DNA from: a virus
IMG/VR virus record: IMGVR_UViG_3300037541_000632
Location: 37,265-101,264 of that record
Length of the DNA: 64,000 nt
Reading direction: 5' to 3' (one strand)
The notes below the pieces were generated by a model, which had not been told where the DNA came from, ran no database searches, and saw nothing but the letters and a program-made list of their open reading frames with translations. Shown here piece after piece: positions 54,129 to 64,000 of the stretch (position 1 is its first letter; every line of letters begins with the position of its first letter). The translations under genes were made by a program, and so were the position numbers.

Positions 54129-57035
54129 ATGTACATTGATTTAAACTGGGAAGTCAAAACAAATGCGGAATTTAGGTATAAGCTTAAAGCTTTAACTGAT
54201 GATATCAAACGATTAGAAAAAGAAACTGACGGAGACCCGCACGGTAACGACAAGATTGCTAGTAGGATAATAGATATTTATAGACTTTGCAAATACAATG
54301 CAGGGCTGCTTGTTCCTTACTTCTTTCCTCAGTACCCATACGATAAGCCATTATCATGCACAGCAAGACCATATTCATTTGCAATGTTTCATATGCAGAT
54401 AGGTGGATTTTTAGCGATTAGAGCGGGCAGACAGATTGGGAAAGCGCTTGAAGAGAATGAGCCAGTTTTAACTCCGAGAGGTTATAGCCCCATCAAAGAT
54501 CTAGCTGTTGGTGACACAGTATTTGATGGCAAGGGCAAGCCGACAATTGTCACTGGAGTATTTCCGCAAGGACAGAGAGAAATATTCCGTGTAACTTTTA
54601 CAGACGGAGCATATGTAGACTGCGATGAAGAACACCTTTGGTTATGCGCGAAAGCTGGAAGAAAATTCAATGTGAAAACACTTAAAGAAATTCGGGCGCG
54701 TAAGGGAGGAGACAATCCCTCAAGTGATCAAGGAATGCGCATTCCTTTGACTGCGCCAGTAGAGTTCCCCGCTAAAGAACATTATATCAGACCGTACATA
54801 TTGGGGCTGCTTTTGGGCGATGGTGCGTTAACAATGGGACACACTGCCGGATTCACAACAGCAGATTCAGAGCTGGCAGAAGCTTTTGACTTGCAAGAAG
54901 GAGTTAATCTTGTGCATTATGCCAACTACGGTAAAAGATTAAATAAGGACAATAAACGACATGGCGTTAATCCATTTCGAGATGAATTGCTGCGGTTAGA
55001 TTTAATTCATACAGCCGAGCATAAGTTTGTCCCCAAAGAATATCTTTTTGATTCTGTCGAAAATCGCATAGAGCTACTTCGTGGGCTGTTGGATACAGAC
55101 GGTAGTATATATGGAAAGTGTCAAATTGAATTCTACTCTGTAAGTAAGCAGCTAGCAGAAGATGTGCAATTTTTAGTGCATTCGCTGGGCGGTACCGCAA
55201 GAATAAAAACAAAACAAGGCTACTACAAAAAAGATGGCGAGCGTATTAATTGTAAGATTTGCTATCGCGTAAAAATTAAAATCCAAGACATCAATCCTTT
55301 TAAATTAAAAAGGAAAGCCGACAAATTTTATAATATAAAATACAGTAGAACTAGAGTAATTGCAGCTATTCGCAGTTTAGGCTTTTCTAATGCTATTTGT
55401 ATTAGTGTCGCTTCTCCAGAAAAGACATTCTTAACGCGAGACTGTATTGTCACGCATAATTCCACTTCTTTAGGCGCGAGGCAATTGATATATTCGCATA
55501 TCATGGCAAAGAGACGCAGTATGTATGTAGTACCGCATCAATCATTCTTGGATACGTATGCAAACCGTGTCCGGGAAATGGAGAGATCGTTTAGATTTTA
55601 TCAGGTACATAAAGAGTATAGGCAGAATTTAAAATACAAAGAGTATCCAAATGAGTCTGTAATTCAGATGGTTAAATGCCTAACGGATACACAACAGGCC
55701 CGAGGCTCTACAGTAGATGAAGTTCTGTATGACGAAGCCCAACTCCTAGACCCAGACTTCCTTCCTGACATCGAGCAGTGCCAAAAGGCATCTAGAATGC
55801 CTACTACTATTTACGCAGGCACATCCACCACTACAGACTCATTATTGGAAACTAAATTTATAGATTCTAGTCAAGCAGCGTGGTTGATCAGAGCTCCCGG
55901 TTATAATTCAAATAGCGCAGGGGCTGGTTGGTTAAACTGTTCGGATAAAGATGACATTCTTAAAGCTATTCAGCCTCAAGGACTTACTAACCCGGCTACT
56001 GGTAAAGTAATCGATGTAACCGATGGTAGATTTGTACACCAGATTCAATCTAACTTTGATCAGGGATATTTAGGATTCCATATTCCTCAGATCATTATTC
56101 CTGAGTACGCCAATATTCCGCAGAAGTGGATGGAAATATGGAATGCTTTCCAGAGCTACGACATTAAAAAGTTCCTGCAGGAAATTCTAGGTATTCCTAC
56201 AGAGGAAGGTATGCGTGAAATTACAACACAGGATTTAAAGAACATATGCGTTCTTCCTGAAACACCAGAGACATTAAAAAGTTTATCAGGTCCTTCCCAC
56301 GGACGTTACAAATATACAGTTTCAGGATGTGACTGGGGTGGTTCTGATTACAACCCCGCCTCTAAAACTAAAGTGTCTTATACTGTACATGTTATCCTCG
56401 GTATTTGCTGGGATGGTAGTATAGAGATTATTCACATCAGGCAGTACTCCGGTATGGACTATAGGAGTATTGCTAACCAGATTTGTGAAGATCATAAGGC
56501 TTACAGTTGCGTGGGTATTGCTTCTGACTTTGGTGTCGGTGCTGCGTATAATATGCTACTGCGTGAGAATCCTATTATTCAACCAGAACGCCATTTCATC
56601 TTTGGTTATGTAGGGCCTCAGTCAGCTCTTATTAAAGCGCCTAGTGGTGGGCTTGGTTGGTTCAACCAGTACTCATTAAATAGAACCGAATCTATTACCA
56701 GTCTGTATCAGGCTATTAAAAGCAGGAGATTTAGATGTTACTCCTGGGAACTCGCACAAGAACGCCTTCTTGAATTACTAAACCTATATCGCGTACCGAC
56801 AGAAACAGTTGGGGGTAACTCAGGTTTCAGATATCAGCGTCATGGTTCTAAAGCAGATGATACATTGCACGCTATTAACTTTGCATTTTGTCTTGCCAGA
56901 ATCATTATAAATGAACCTATCATTGAAGACCCGGCCTTAACGCATATGTTCCGAGAAACGTTTAATCCTTCTCAACAGACTAAATTCTTTAATCCTCATG
57001 GAGGATTTGATTTAGGAGGAGCTATTTCAGGTTAA
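54129..57035 (+). CDS. terminase large subunit with intein
   Basis: GRQIGK//ST Walker A, VLYDEAQ Walker B, YAGT, RNase H-fold GCDWGG...DDTLHA. Confidence 0.88.
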   Translation: MYIDLNWEVKTNAEFRYKLKALTDDIKRLEKETDGDPHGNDKIASRIIDIYRLCKYNAGLLVPYFFPQYPYDKPLSCTARPYSFAMFHMQIGGFLAIRAGRQIGKALEENEPVLTPRGYSPIKDLAVGDTVFDGKGKPTIVTGVFPQGQREIFRVTFTDGAYVDCDEEHLWLCAKAGRKFNVKTLKEIRARKGGDNPSSDQGMRIPLTAPVEFPAKEHYIRPYILGLLLGDGALTMGHTAGFTTADSELAEAFDLQEGVNLVHYANYGKRLNKDNKRHGVNPFRDELLRLDLIHTAEHKFVPKEYLFDSVENRIELLRGLLDTDGSIYGKCQIEFYSVSKQLAEDVQFLVHSLGGTARIKTKQGYYKKDGERINCKICYRVKIKIQDINPFKLKRKADKFYNIKYSRTRVIAAIRSLGFSNAICISVASPEKTFLTRDCIVTHNSTSLGARQLIYSHIMAKRRSMYVVPHQSFLDTYANRVREMERSFRFYQVHKEYRQNLKYKEYPNESVIQMVKCLTDTQQARGSTVDEVLYDEAQLLDPDFLPDIEQCQKASRMPTTIYAGTSTTTDSLLETKFIDSSQAAWLIRAPGYNSNSAGAGWLNCSDKDDILKAIQPQGLTNPATGKVIDVTDGRFVHQIQSNFDQGYLGFHIPQIIIPEYANIPQKWMEIWNAFQSYDIKKFLQEILGIPTEEGMREITTQDLKNICVLPETPETLKSLSGPSHGRYKYTVSGCDWGGSDYNPASKTKVSYTVHVILGICWDGSIEIIHIRQYSGMDYRSIANQICEDHKAYSCVGIASDFGVGAAYNMLLRENPIIQPERHFIFGYVGPQSALIKAPSGGLGWFNQYSLNRTESITSLYQAIKSRRFRCYSWELAQERLLELLNLYRVPTETVGGNSGFRYQRHGSKADDTLHAINFAFCLARIIINEPIIEDPALTHMFRETFNPSQQTKFFNPHGGFDLGGAISG
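54444..55460 (+). mobile_element. Ala1 (class 3-type) intein with LAGLIDADG endonuclease, 339 aa
   Basis: GK|ALEENE...DEEHLW...LGLLLGDG...LRGLLDTDG...AICISV...VTHN|S. Confidence 0.9.
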
Positions 57036-57721
57036 GGTGTAACCCACCATGCCAATTCATAATCATCCTTACCCGGGCAATTCGGTGTGTCTAAACCTAC
57101 TGTAGGCGCTGGCTTATTAGAAAGCTTGATGTCTTCTGGTAGTATGTCAGAACGAACTAATGTAAGCTCCAATGTTACTGGCAGATCATCTATCATTTTT
57201 CCATAATTATTTGCATGTATATGCACTAGTTTGTGCGCAGCAAATAATGATGTTAATAAGTTAATGCACTTTTCATTTAGATTTTCTATAAAATGAATTT
57301 CTATAGTTATTTGATTGAACTGTTTGAAAACAGCTGGGTCTGCATTTTTAAATAATTCGTATTCAGCGCCCTCAGTATCAATCTTTAGTAAAAGATCATC
57401 TCTGCCTATATGATTATTTTCTTGTAGATGCTTTAAAATATTAGCGCTGCTCAATGCTTCTTTCTTAAATATGAAATTTGGATTTTTAACAGGAGTGTCA
57501 TTAATCGTGTGATCATATTGAAAAATAGGAAAGCTAAAGTTTTTAGCTAGATCGATGTCGAATTTGACATTGTTACCTATACCGTACGAATAAGCAGCGC
57601 TGGTTTTATTTAGAACTTTTGAAGACAGCACGTAACTACCATCGTTTTTACCCCCGTATAATTTAAGTGCCAGGTCTTCGCTATCAAACGGGTGTATCAG
57701 TGATTTTACACTTGGTTTCAT
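57032..57721 (-). CDS. FkbM-like SAM-dependent methyltransferase
   Basis: YSYGIG, LLKIDTEGAEY, QITIEIH, HIHANN. Confidence 0.8.
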   Translation of the reverse strand: MKPSVKSLIHPFDSEDLALKLYGGKNDGSYVLSSKVLNKTSAAYSYGIGNNVKFDIDLAKNFSFPIFQYDHTINDTPVKNPNFIFKKEALSSANILKHLQENNHIGRDDLLLKIDTEGAEYELFKNADPAVFKQFNQITIEIHFIENLNEKCINLLTSLFAAHKLVHIHANNYGKMIDDLPVTLELTLVRSDILPEDIKLSNKPAPTVGLDTPNCPGKDDYELAWWVTP

Positions 57722-57734
57722 AAAAGTTAAATTT

Positions 57735-58739
57735 TTATGAGGAGCTATTTTGAGATAGTAACTCTTTAGCTATATTAATTATATTACTAATATCGATATG
57801 ATTGAAATCTAAACAAGGACAAGGGTCTTTTCCGTAGCATAGTAATTGTCTAGGATAATTTTCCGATAAATTTTTAATATGCGGAATATGATCTAAATGC
57901 TCAGCGCCTTTTTGTTCTAAAATTAACTGCGCTCTGCAATCTTTAAGGCATGCAGGTTTTATTTTTCTATAAACTTTACAAATATTTTTATATACTTTAG
58001 GTATTACTTGTTCAAACCTTTCGCGACTTTCAAAGAAAATCATTGGCGTATCATAACTTAAAGCTAAATGAGTGAATCCAGAATCAGGCCCTATTAACAA
58101 ATCTACACCGCTACTAAATAAATTTATTATTTTGTTTGCCGATTCTTCATCGTGCTTGTTTTGAATATAATTATAGTTTTCTAAAAAAGGCAGTTTAGAC
58201 CGACTGTCAGCTAAGCCTATTACAGTGAACTTATCTTTAAAATGATTATTTAAATTCTCAAGTAAGACGTTGAACACGCTATCATTCAATCTTCTCAATG
58301 GTTCGGCTGATCCTATATATAGTACTATTTTTTTTATGTTATCCGGATTTTTAGGTGTTAGCGAAAAATGTTTAACTGATTCGTAATCAAAATTATAGCC
58401 AAGACGTTTTATTACATTTTCAGAATAAGATAAATCACAAAAAATCTTTTTATGATAAATAGGTTTTAATTTTAAAAAATTATAATTATTTATAATATGT
58501 TCAAAATGTGAAGTGTAATATTCGCATTCAGATTGTGTAGCGAATAACTGAACTTCTGCGTCGGCTGTGTACCATAACGCATTTTCTACAAAATCATATT
58601 TGCTTAAAAAATGATAGAAATGTTTTTTGAAACAAAAATAAACATCATAGTCGTTGCATAGCAGATGCATGGCTGATGCGGAAAATATGTTCTCACCCAA
58701 CCCGGCTGAACCGATATATAATAACTTAGGCTTGCTCAT
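57735..58739 (-). CDS. GT9 (heptosyltransferase-like) glycosyltransferase
   Basis: AGLGENIF...DLLIGPDSGFTHLALSYDTP. Confidence 0.75.
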   Translation of the reverse strand: MSKPKLLYIGSAGLGENIFSASAMHLLCNDYDVYFCFKKHFYHFLSKYDFVENALWYTADAEVQLFATQSECEYYTSHFEHIINNYNFLKLKPIYHKKIFCDLSYSENVIKRLGYNFDYESVKHFSLTPKNPDNIKKIVLYIGSAEPLRRLNDSVFNVLLENLNNHFKDKFTVIGLADSRSKLPFLENYNYIQNKHDEESANKIINLFSSGVDLLIGPDSGFTHLALSYDTPMIFFESRERFEQVIPKVYKNICKVYRKIKPACLKDCRAQLILEQKGAEHLDHIPHIKNLSENYPRQLLCYGKDPCPCLDFNHIDISNIINIAKELLSQNSSS

Positions 58740-59364
58740 TTAATTCTTCTACCGGAGTCAAATCTTCTTTTAATATCTTTTTAATTACCATCTCATCTAC
58801 TCCCAGCATGCGCATTTGAATAAGCATATCATCGCGCATTTCAGCAACGAACTTCTCATAGTAAGGAACTACTTCTGTTTCTTCTAGTTCCTCATTATCT
58901 TCTGCTTCATTCTTTATGATCTCATCAATCAGACGGTCTATAGGTATAGCGAAGCCTTCTGAATCTCCACGGTTAAGTTCTACCTCGTAGATACCCCAGA
59001 GCATTTCAGGCATAGTCAAATCCTCGAGCGCACCATTAACGAGGTCACCAAGATCCCCGGAATACAAAGCGTTGCTTATACTGATAAAAGCCAAAGGATC
59101 ATCGTAAAAAGCTTCCGTGGACAAAGCTAGCATCAAAGCGTTTACTTTGTTTTCGTTAGACTCCGGGACATTGACGGAGAAGTCTTCTTTGATCCTCAGC
59201 CATAATTCTATTGGGTCCGCAGGTTCAATATTTTGTTCTAATGAACCATACACCTCATCGCCGTAAGCGGCCAAGATGATCATATGAAGAACCGTAGCCG
59301 TTGTTTCGGTATCGGCTAAGAGATCCGCAGCTAATCTTTTATCAAACGGAAATGTGTCGAGCAT
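58726..59364 (-). CDS. acidic hypothetical protein (probably structural)
   Basis: 212 aa, in operon with a K-x-A-rich gene. Confidence 0.7.
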   Translation of the reverse strand: MLDTFPFDKRLAADLLADTETTATVLHMIILAAYGDEVYGSLEQNIEPADPIELWLRIKEDFSVNVPESNENKVNALMLALSTEAFYDDPLAFISISNALYSGDLGDLVNGALEDLTMPEMLWGIYEVELNRGDSEGFAIPIDRLIDEIIKNEAEDNEELEETEVVPYYEKFVAEMRDDMLIQMRMLGVDEMVIKKILKEDLTPVEELNEQA

Positions 59365-59370
59365 ATGGCA

Positions 59371-60423
59371 TTATGCCACCTTTAAAAGTAAACTCAACAA
59401 TTGTTTCTGTTGATTACTTTCAAGGCTGGCAATTTTAGCCGTAGTTTTAGCAGCATCCTTTTCAGAAAGAATATTAATAATATTATCTGCGGCTTCTTTA
59501 CGGAAAGCCATTCTGACCAGCTTGTAGTTATCGCTGGCTAATTTATTAAATTCTTCCGCAGGAATCATTATGTCAGAAACAAAGATATTCTTTTCTGCCA
59601 GTTCCTGTAAATAAGCTACTTTAGCGCCCGAGTAGAAAGCCTCGTGTGGGGACGTGATACGTTTGTGACTGATGTTGTTGACGGCATCTAAACCCATCCA
59701 GGTATCGATTGCCTGCTCCACGCTGATAGTTCCAGCAGAAGCTTGCTTGAGCGCTTGAGTGTATTCAGAAACATCTGATACACCAGCGCGAGAACGTTCG
59801 CCTATAGCAAAGTCTACATTATCAAAATCTACAAGTCTTTCCTCGCCGAAACGCCATATCTTATCCGGGATCTCGTTGCGAGGAATATTAAGAGTAGAAG
59901 CGGCTTTAACAATATTACGAGCAGCATGGAAGAACCAGTCTGTAGGAATATATTCATCATTCCAGTCACGAACAACTTCAGTGGCTGCCTTAGTCACTTC
60001 AACTTCGTTATTAATAGCATAAGCCTTCCAAGTGTCTTCCTCTTCAACTTGGAAGCTAAGCGCATATTTTTCATGTGCTAGTTCATGCGCTGACTTTTCA
60101 GCTTGAGGTAAAAGCGCTACGGCATCTTCAATATCTTGCTCGATATCAAATAATGCTGCGGCTTCTTTAACGCTAGCAAATTCTTTAGAATCTATCTTAC
60201 CCTCACCGGCAAGATATACAGCGCTCATGTATGTAGCTGCCTTTGTATGAATAGGATGTAATCTATTTGCTTGGTCAGCAAACGCACAGTCATGTAAAGA
60301 TACCAAATCTTCAGCTTGAAGAATAGACGCTTCTTTGACATAGTCAGGTAAGCTGTCTCCAGCCTTAATGCCTACTTCGTAAAGTGCTGTGGGGTTTTGG
60401 TCTTTAGTGAAGTCCATAGTCAT
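59371..60423 (-). CDS. putative head/scaffold-associated protein
   Basis: KEAS, KEAA, KSAH, KQAS, KLAS, KIAS motifs; upstream TTGACC-N17-GATAAT promoter. Confidence 0.55.
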   Translation of the reverse strand: MTMDFTKDQNPTALYEVGIKAGDSLPDYVKEASILQAEDLVSLHDCAFADQANRLHPIHTKAATYMSAVYLAGEGKIDSKEFASVKEAAALFDIEQDIEDAVALLPQAEKSAHELAHEKYALSFQVEEEDTWKAYAINNEVEVTKAATEVVRDWNDEYIPTDWFFHAARNIVKAASTLNIPRNEIPDKIWRFGEERLVDFDNVDFAIGERSRAGVSDVSEYTQALKQASAGTISVEQAIDTWMGLDAVNNISHKRITSPHEAFYSGAKVAYLQELAEKNIFVSDIMIPAEEFNKLASDNYKLVRMAFRKEAADNIINILSEKDAAKTTAKIASLESNQQKQLLSLLLKVA

Positions 60424-60515
60424 AAGTAATTATCGCCGTAAATTTAAATGAGGTCAAGTGATTCTAAATTCTTTGTCGCGCAGGCTTTGTATTGTGTTAT
60501 ACTGAAAACTGATGT

Positions 60516-62984
60516 ATGGAATTGAGTATTCAAACTTTGGATCAAATTATAAATCCCATCGAGTTAATAAACTTGTTGGGCGAGGAATTGCATATAGGTC
60601 TAAGTGGTGAATATACTACAAATTGCCCAAAATGCGAAAGCAAATTATTCATTTTGGATAAAGAATTTGTGTGCGAAAATAGTTTATGCACTTTTAGGGC
60701 CGGATCAGCTGTTGATTACTTAGTGGCCAAGGGCGTTTGCGGTTGGGATCAATCCATAGAAACGCTTAATAGTATACTTAATAATAAATTAAAGAATTCC
60801 ATTGTATATAAAAATCAAAAGATAATTACATCCCAGTTAAAAAACAAAAGAAAGATATTTGATTTCTTTTTAAAGAACGCATTCAATGGGTCTCAAAATA
60901 ATATTAAGCTTATTCAATACAGAAGTGCTTTGAGATCTCAGGGGTTAGACCCAGAGGCTTTACGTCATTCTGTTTTTATTGTTACAGCTCAAGAAACTGA
61001 AGTTCTAAAAGAATTAATAAAAAATGTTTATCCTGAAAAAAATATAAACATTACAGGGCCGCACATAATATTGCCTTACTTTGTTAATTATCATACCATC
61101 AGTCATTTACTGGTTTTAAAGACTCCGGATTCTAAACCTGAGAAAATAAACATAATGCCTTCTAGGACGGCTTTCTTTTCTCTTCTCCAGCGACACCCGG
61201 GATGTAAGAAGACTAAGGTTGCTTATACTTACGCGGAAGCTGCTAAACTGAATACTCAGTACAGCAGGGTTAATCCTGAGATGCTCTGTTTACATATGAT
61301 GGTAGATGCAAAAGCGTCTGGTGAATCATTTGTTCTTCCTTCCGCTACATACATTGCTATCGGAGAAAATCATTCTGACTTGCGCGTCGCAGGAACACTG
61401 CAGCGCTACATACCAGGTTTAACTGTGTCTGAAAATAAAGTAGGATTACATGCTGACTACGCAGCAATAGACGCAAACGAATTTATACTTAAATGTGTAG
61501 TTAAAGAATTAAAAAAGAATATACCTATTAGCAGCATTCTTCCTCTTGTTGAGCTCGACCATAAAAGTCGGCAGGCGCTGCTCGTTCAGCTACACGCTAA
61601 TCGGTATTTTGCAGAGGCAGATGAGGTACGTAACTTTTTCAAAACGCTGCCAGTATATAAGGACGATAAGATTACGCTGTTTAGTAACCCATACGGTTAT
61701 TCGATAAAGAAACACAATAATGATATTTATACTAATAATATTAGTAACTTCACAATTGAGTTAGAACAGAACATCGTATTCACTGAGTCTACAGATATAT
61801 TTCATGCCGGTAGTCTGCTCTTTAATAACGACAGATACCCGTTAATTTTGAAGCAAGAAGAAATCGACAAGATAACTGAATTAGAAAAAGCAGCACGGCG
61901 CGCGACCATGGGAGTATCTAATTCAGAAATTAACATTCCTACTGTGATGGAACGCAGTGGAGCTAAGTACTTAACTACTTATCTCCGGGAGCAGGTTTCT
62001 CAGCTGCCTAAGACAGAAGGTATTCCGATGCTGGGTTGGTCCCCTCGGAGATCTTCTTTTTACACGCCTTACTTCATTGCGGACCGTAAAGGATCCAGAG
62101 TAGGAAAGAAGTACTTACATCCTGTAATTCCGACGTTATCTAGTTTTACGACTGATATATCAGATGTGTGCGCGCTGCATCATGATCTACCGGAAGTGAT
62201 TGTAAACATACTTAACCAGGCTGCTGCTTTTATTGTGCGTACCTTTTTAAGTATGCAGACCAAGCCGCTGCCTATTTACAATAACTCAGAAGCTCGGCGC
62301 TTGCTGTCAGAAATTTTCTCAGCTCTAGGACAGACAACAGTACTGCAGCTGAACCAGAACATGCGAGGAGAAGAACTCCCAGGTGTTCGAGGATTTCCAT
62401 TTTACGCAGTCGGATATTCTTCTTCACAAATTAATAAAAGTAGCTTGTCTGCTTTTATTCTATGCGATGCTGGTGCTAACATCAATGAAAACTTTTCTCC
62501 TGATATAATTCATAAAGCGCAGACCACATTAAAATTCATTACAAAGAAGATAGCTGAATGGGCGCTACAAACTCAAGCAGAAAATTTCCAACAGGAACGC
62601 AGCGTGTCCCGGGCAAATGCTTATTCTAAAGAAGGTTCACAGGTAATTGTCGACGCTTGCGGTCTATTGTCTTGGCCATCCAGTAAGACGCCATTTGAAA
62701 ATTTAGACAATATACTCAGCCGTATTGGAATAGACGAAGTGAAAAATTACTTTATTAGCAACGTCAACATACATAAATTACAAATCAAAAATGAAATTTT
62801 TGATGTCGCTACAAATCGACAAGCATTAGAAGCTGAATTAAAATCCATATCTAAATCTGTATCATTTACAAAGGATACAGTTGATGTGGACTCTGAGAGT
62901 ATGCTGGAAGCTTTAAATTCCTACTACCATACGAACCCAGTACTAACTGAATATTTTGACGCAGATAAATTATTGAAATATTAA
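60516..62984 (+). CDS. large hypothetical protein with N-terminal primase-type zinc finger
   Basis: CPKC...FVCENSLC.F..GSAVDY; upstream TGTGT-TATACT extended -10. Confidence 0.65.
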   Translation: MELSIQTLDQIINPIELINLLGEELHIGLSGEYTTNCPKCESKLFILDKEFVCENSLCTFRAGSAVDYLVAKGVCGWDQSIETLNSILNNKLKNSIVYKNQKIITSQLKNKRKIFDFFLKNAFNGSQNNIKLIQYRSALRSQGLDPEALRHSVFIVTAQETEVLKELIKNVYPEKNINITGPHIILPYFVNYHTISHLLVLKTPDSKPEKINIMPSRTAFFSLLQRHPGCKKTKVAYTYAEAAKLNTQYSRVNPEMLCLHMMVDAKASGESFVLPSATYIAIGENHSDLRVAGTLQRYIPGLTVSENKVGLHADYAAIDANEFILKCVVKELKKNIPISSILPLVELDHKSRQALLVQLHANRYFAEADEVRNFFKTLPVYKDDKITLFSNPYGYSIKKHNNDIYTNNISNFTIELEQNIVFTESTDIFHAGSLLFNNDRYPLILKQEEIDKITELEKAARRATMGVSNSEINIPTVMERSGAKYLTTYLREQVSQLPKTEGIPMLGWSPRRSSFYTPYFIADRKGSRVGKKYLHPVIPTLSSFTTDISDVCALHHDLPEVIVNILNQAAAFIVRTFLSMQTKPLPIYNNSEARRLLSEIFSALGQTTVLQLNQNMRGEELPGVRGFPFYAVGYSSSQINKSSLSAFILCDAGANINENFSPDIIHKAQTTLKFITKKIAEWALQTQAENFQQERSVSRANAYSKEGSQVIVDACGLLSWPSSKTPFENLDNILSRIGIDEVKNYFISNVNIHKLQIKNEIFDVATNRQALEAELKSISKSVSFTKDTVDVDSESMLEALNSYYHTNPVLTEYFDADKLLKY

Positions 62985-63406
62985 TTTCTGTAACTGTAGC
63001 AGTGCAGCCCATAATCTACCATGATTTCTAAAAATCTTTGAACAGTTATGGTGCGTGGTTGTTTAACGCGGTCCCAAATTGTGATCTCTGTAGTCGGCAG
63101 CATTCTGTTTTGTTGCAACGCTAAACTCAAGAGCGTAATTAATTTATTAAATTCTGCCTCGTCTTCTCTATTTGCAGCGAGTTTATAATTCTCTGGCTGC
63201 ACATCAAAGGGATCAACTGATGCGTTCGAATTGCTGGCAAAGTAAGCGATTGCTGCATCTAAAGAATCAGCATAAACCCAACCGTCTATTGGGTATTCGT
63301 ATGAATCTTTGTCAGATACGACCAACATGTAATTAGGCCCATTCACTATATTTGGGGCAAATAAAATTTCTGTTTCTTCTTTTTTGTAAAATCCTGCGTT
63401 GTTCAT
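62981..63406 (-). CDS. putative tail-fibre-associated protein
   Basis: follows the fibre gene; GFYK...YEYPIDGW. Confidence 0.55.
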   Translation of the reverse strand: MNNAGFYKKEETEILFAPNIVNGPNYMLVVSDKDSYEYPIDGWVYADSLDAAIAYFASNSNASVDPFDVQPENYKLAANREDEAEFNKLITLLSLALQQNRMLPTTEITIWDRVKQPRTITVQRFLEIMVDYGLHCYSYRN

Positions 63407-63410
63407 AAAA

Positions 63411-64000
63411 TTATCCTGATATTGTGAACCCTTTAAGCACTGCTTTATATGTTTGAAGCAAGCGAAATGCTAGTGTCTGTGATGAACCACCAGCCATGGG
63501 TCTTGACATGGTAACACTTGTATTTGGCACTATGCTGACAATAGTTGAATTGTATCTAACTGTTCCATTACCATTGGTTGTTAATGGCAATGCTGCACCT
63601 CCTAATGTGCTAGCTACTTGAAAATTATCAGCAGCAGCATTAACCACAAAATAAATTGTATTAATTACAATGCCCGTTGTTGTGGTGATGACTGAGAAAG
63701 CAACTTCATCTCCATCGCTCAATCCATGTGCTGTAAGATTTACTAAATCACCTGCATCTATAAATGTTACTGCTCTTCCTGTTGTGAGGATAGTATTGGT
63801 TCCTGTGACTTGCATACCAGCAGATAAACCAGTGGTGTTAGCCATTGTGATGGTTGTAGAACCAGTAGCAGGCGTTCCAGTTAATGAGACTGGTGTTGGA
63901 GCACCCCAGGTATTTGATATAGTTAAGGTTCTTGTTGCTCCTACGAGTGCTGTTCCTAAATTTGTAAAGATTGTTTCAAGCGCATCTTTTGCAAGTTTGC
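63411..64000 (-). CDS. tail fibre/receptor-binding protein, C-terminal part (5' end outside window)
   Basis: frame open from the window edge; Thr/Gly-rich beta repeats; HGLSDGDEVAF...YFVV...FQVAST module. Confidence 0.7.
   Translation of the reverse strand, partial: KLAKDALETIFTNLGTALVGATRTLTISNTWGAPTPVSLTGTPATGSTTITMANTTGLSAGMQVTGTNTILTTGRAVTFIDAGDLVNLTAHGLSDGDEVAFSVITTTTGIVINTIYFVVNAAADNFQVASTLGGAALPLTTNGNGTVRYNSTIVSIVPNTSVTMSRPMAGGSSQTLAFRLLQTYKAVLKGFTISG

Noticed and set aside
1-64000. CRISPR array or other cas genes accompanying the RAMP-like gene
   Set aside because: No regularly spaced 25-40-nt direct repeats or short-period arrays were seen in any intergenic region, and there are no Cas1/Cas3/Cas5-like motifs
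1-64000. Alternative genetic code (stop codon recoding)
   Set aside because: Long genes are intact under the standard code and the gaps are explained by RNAs or small ORFs; no suppressor tRNA was seen

Overview
The window is a 64-kb segment of a large (jumbo-type) lytic dsDNA tailed phage genome, encoded mostly on the minus strand, with no cellular housekeeping context. In order it contains: small accessory genes; a tRNA cluster (Leu-TAA, Ile2-like CAT, Arg-TCT) interleaved with several unexplained structured RNAs and next to an HNH gene; a virion module (portal, Gly-rich membrane-type proteins, lysozyme, zincin, ART-like protein, two separate fragments of a multisubunit RNA polymerase beta subunit); and a replication/recombination module (RecQ, RecA, UDG-fused PolA, primase, DnaB-like helicase, SF2 helicase, SbcCD). 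These are followed by a kinase, thyA, terminase large subunit, a methyltransferase/glycosyltransferase pair and a partial tail-fibre gene. There are three inteins (PolA, SF2 helicase, TerL). The most notable observations are: (1) a PolA intein whose HNH endonuclease is overprinted in a different reading frame while the intein frame stays open; (2) a stand-alone Cas7/RAMP-like gene coupled to sbcC, with no CRISPR array in the window; (3) a shared N-terminal leader and K-x-A motif across virion and cargo proteins, suggesting a capsid-targeting/processing system; (4) promoter-driven, terminator-bounded non-coding RNA cassettes, plus tRNA-minihelix-like hairpins. All calls come from motif recognition by eye; no searches were run.
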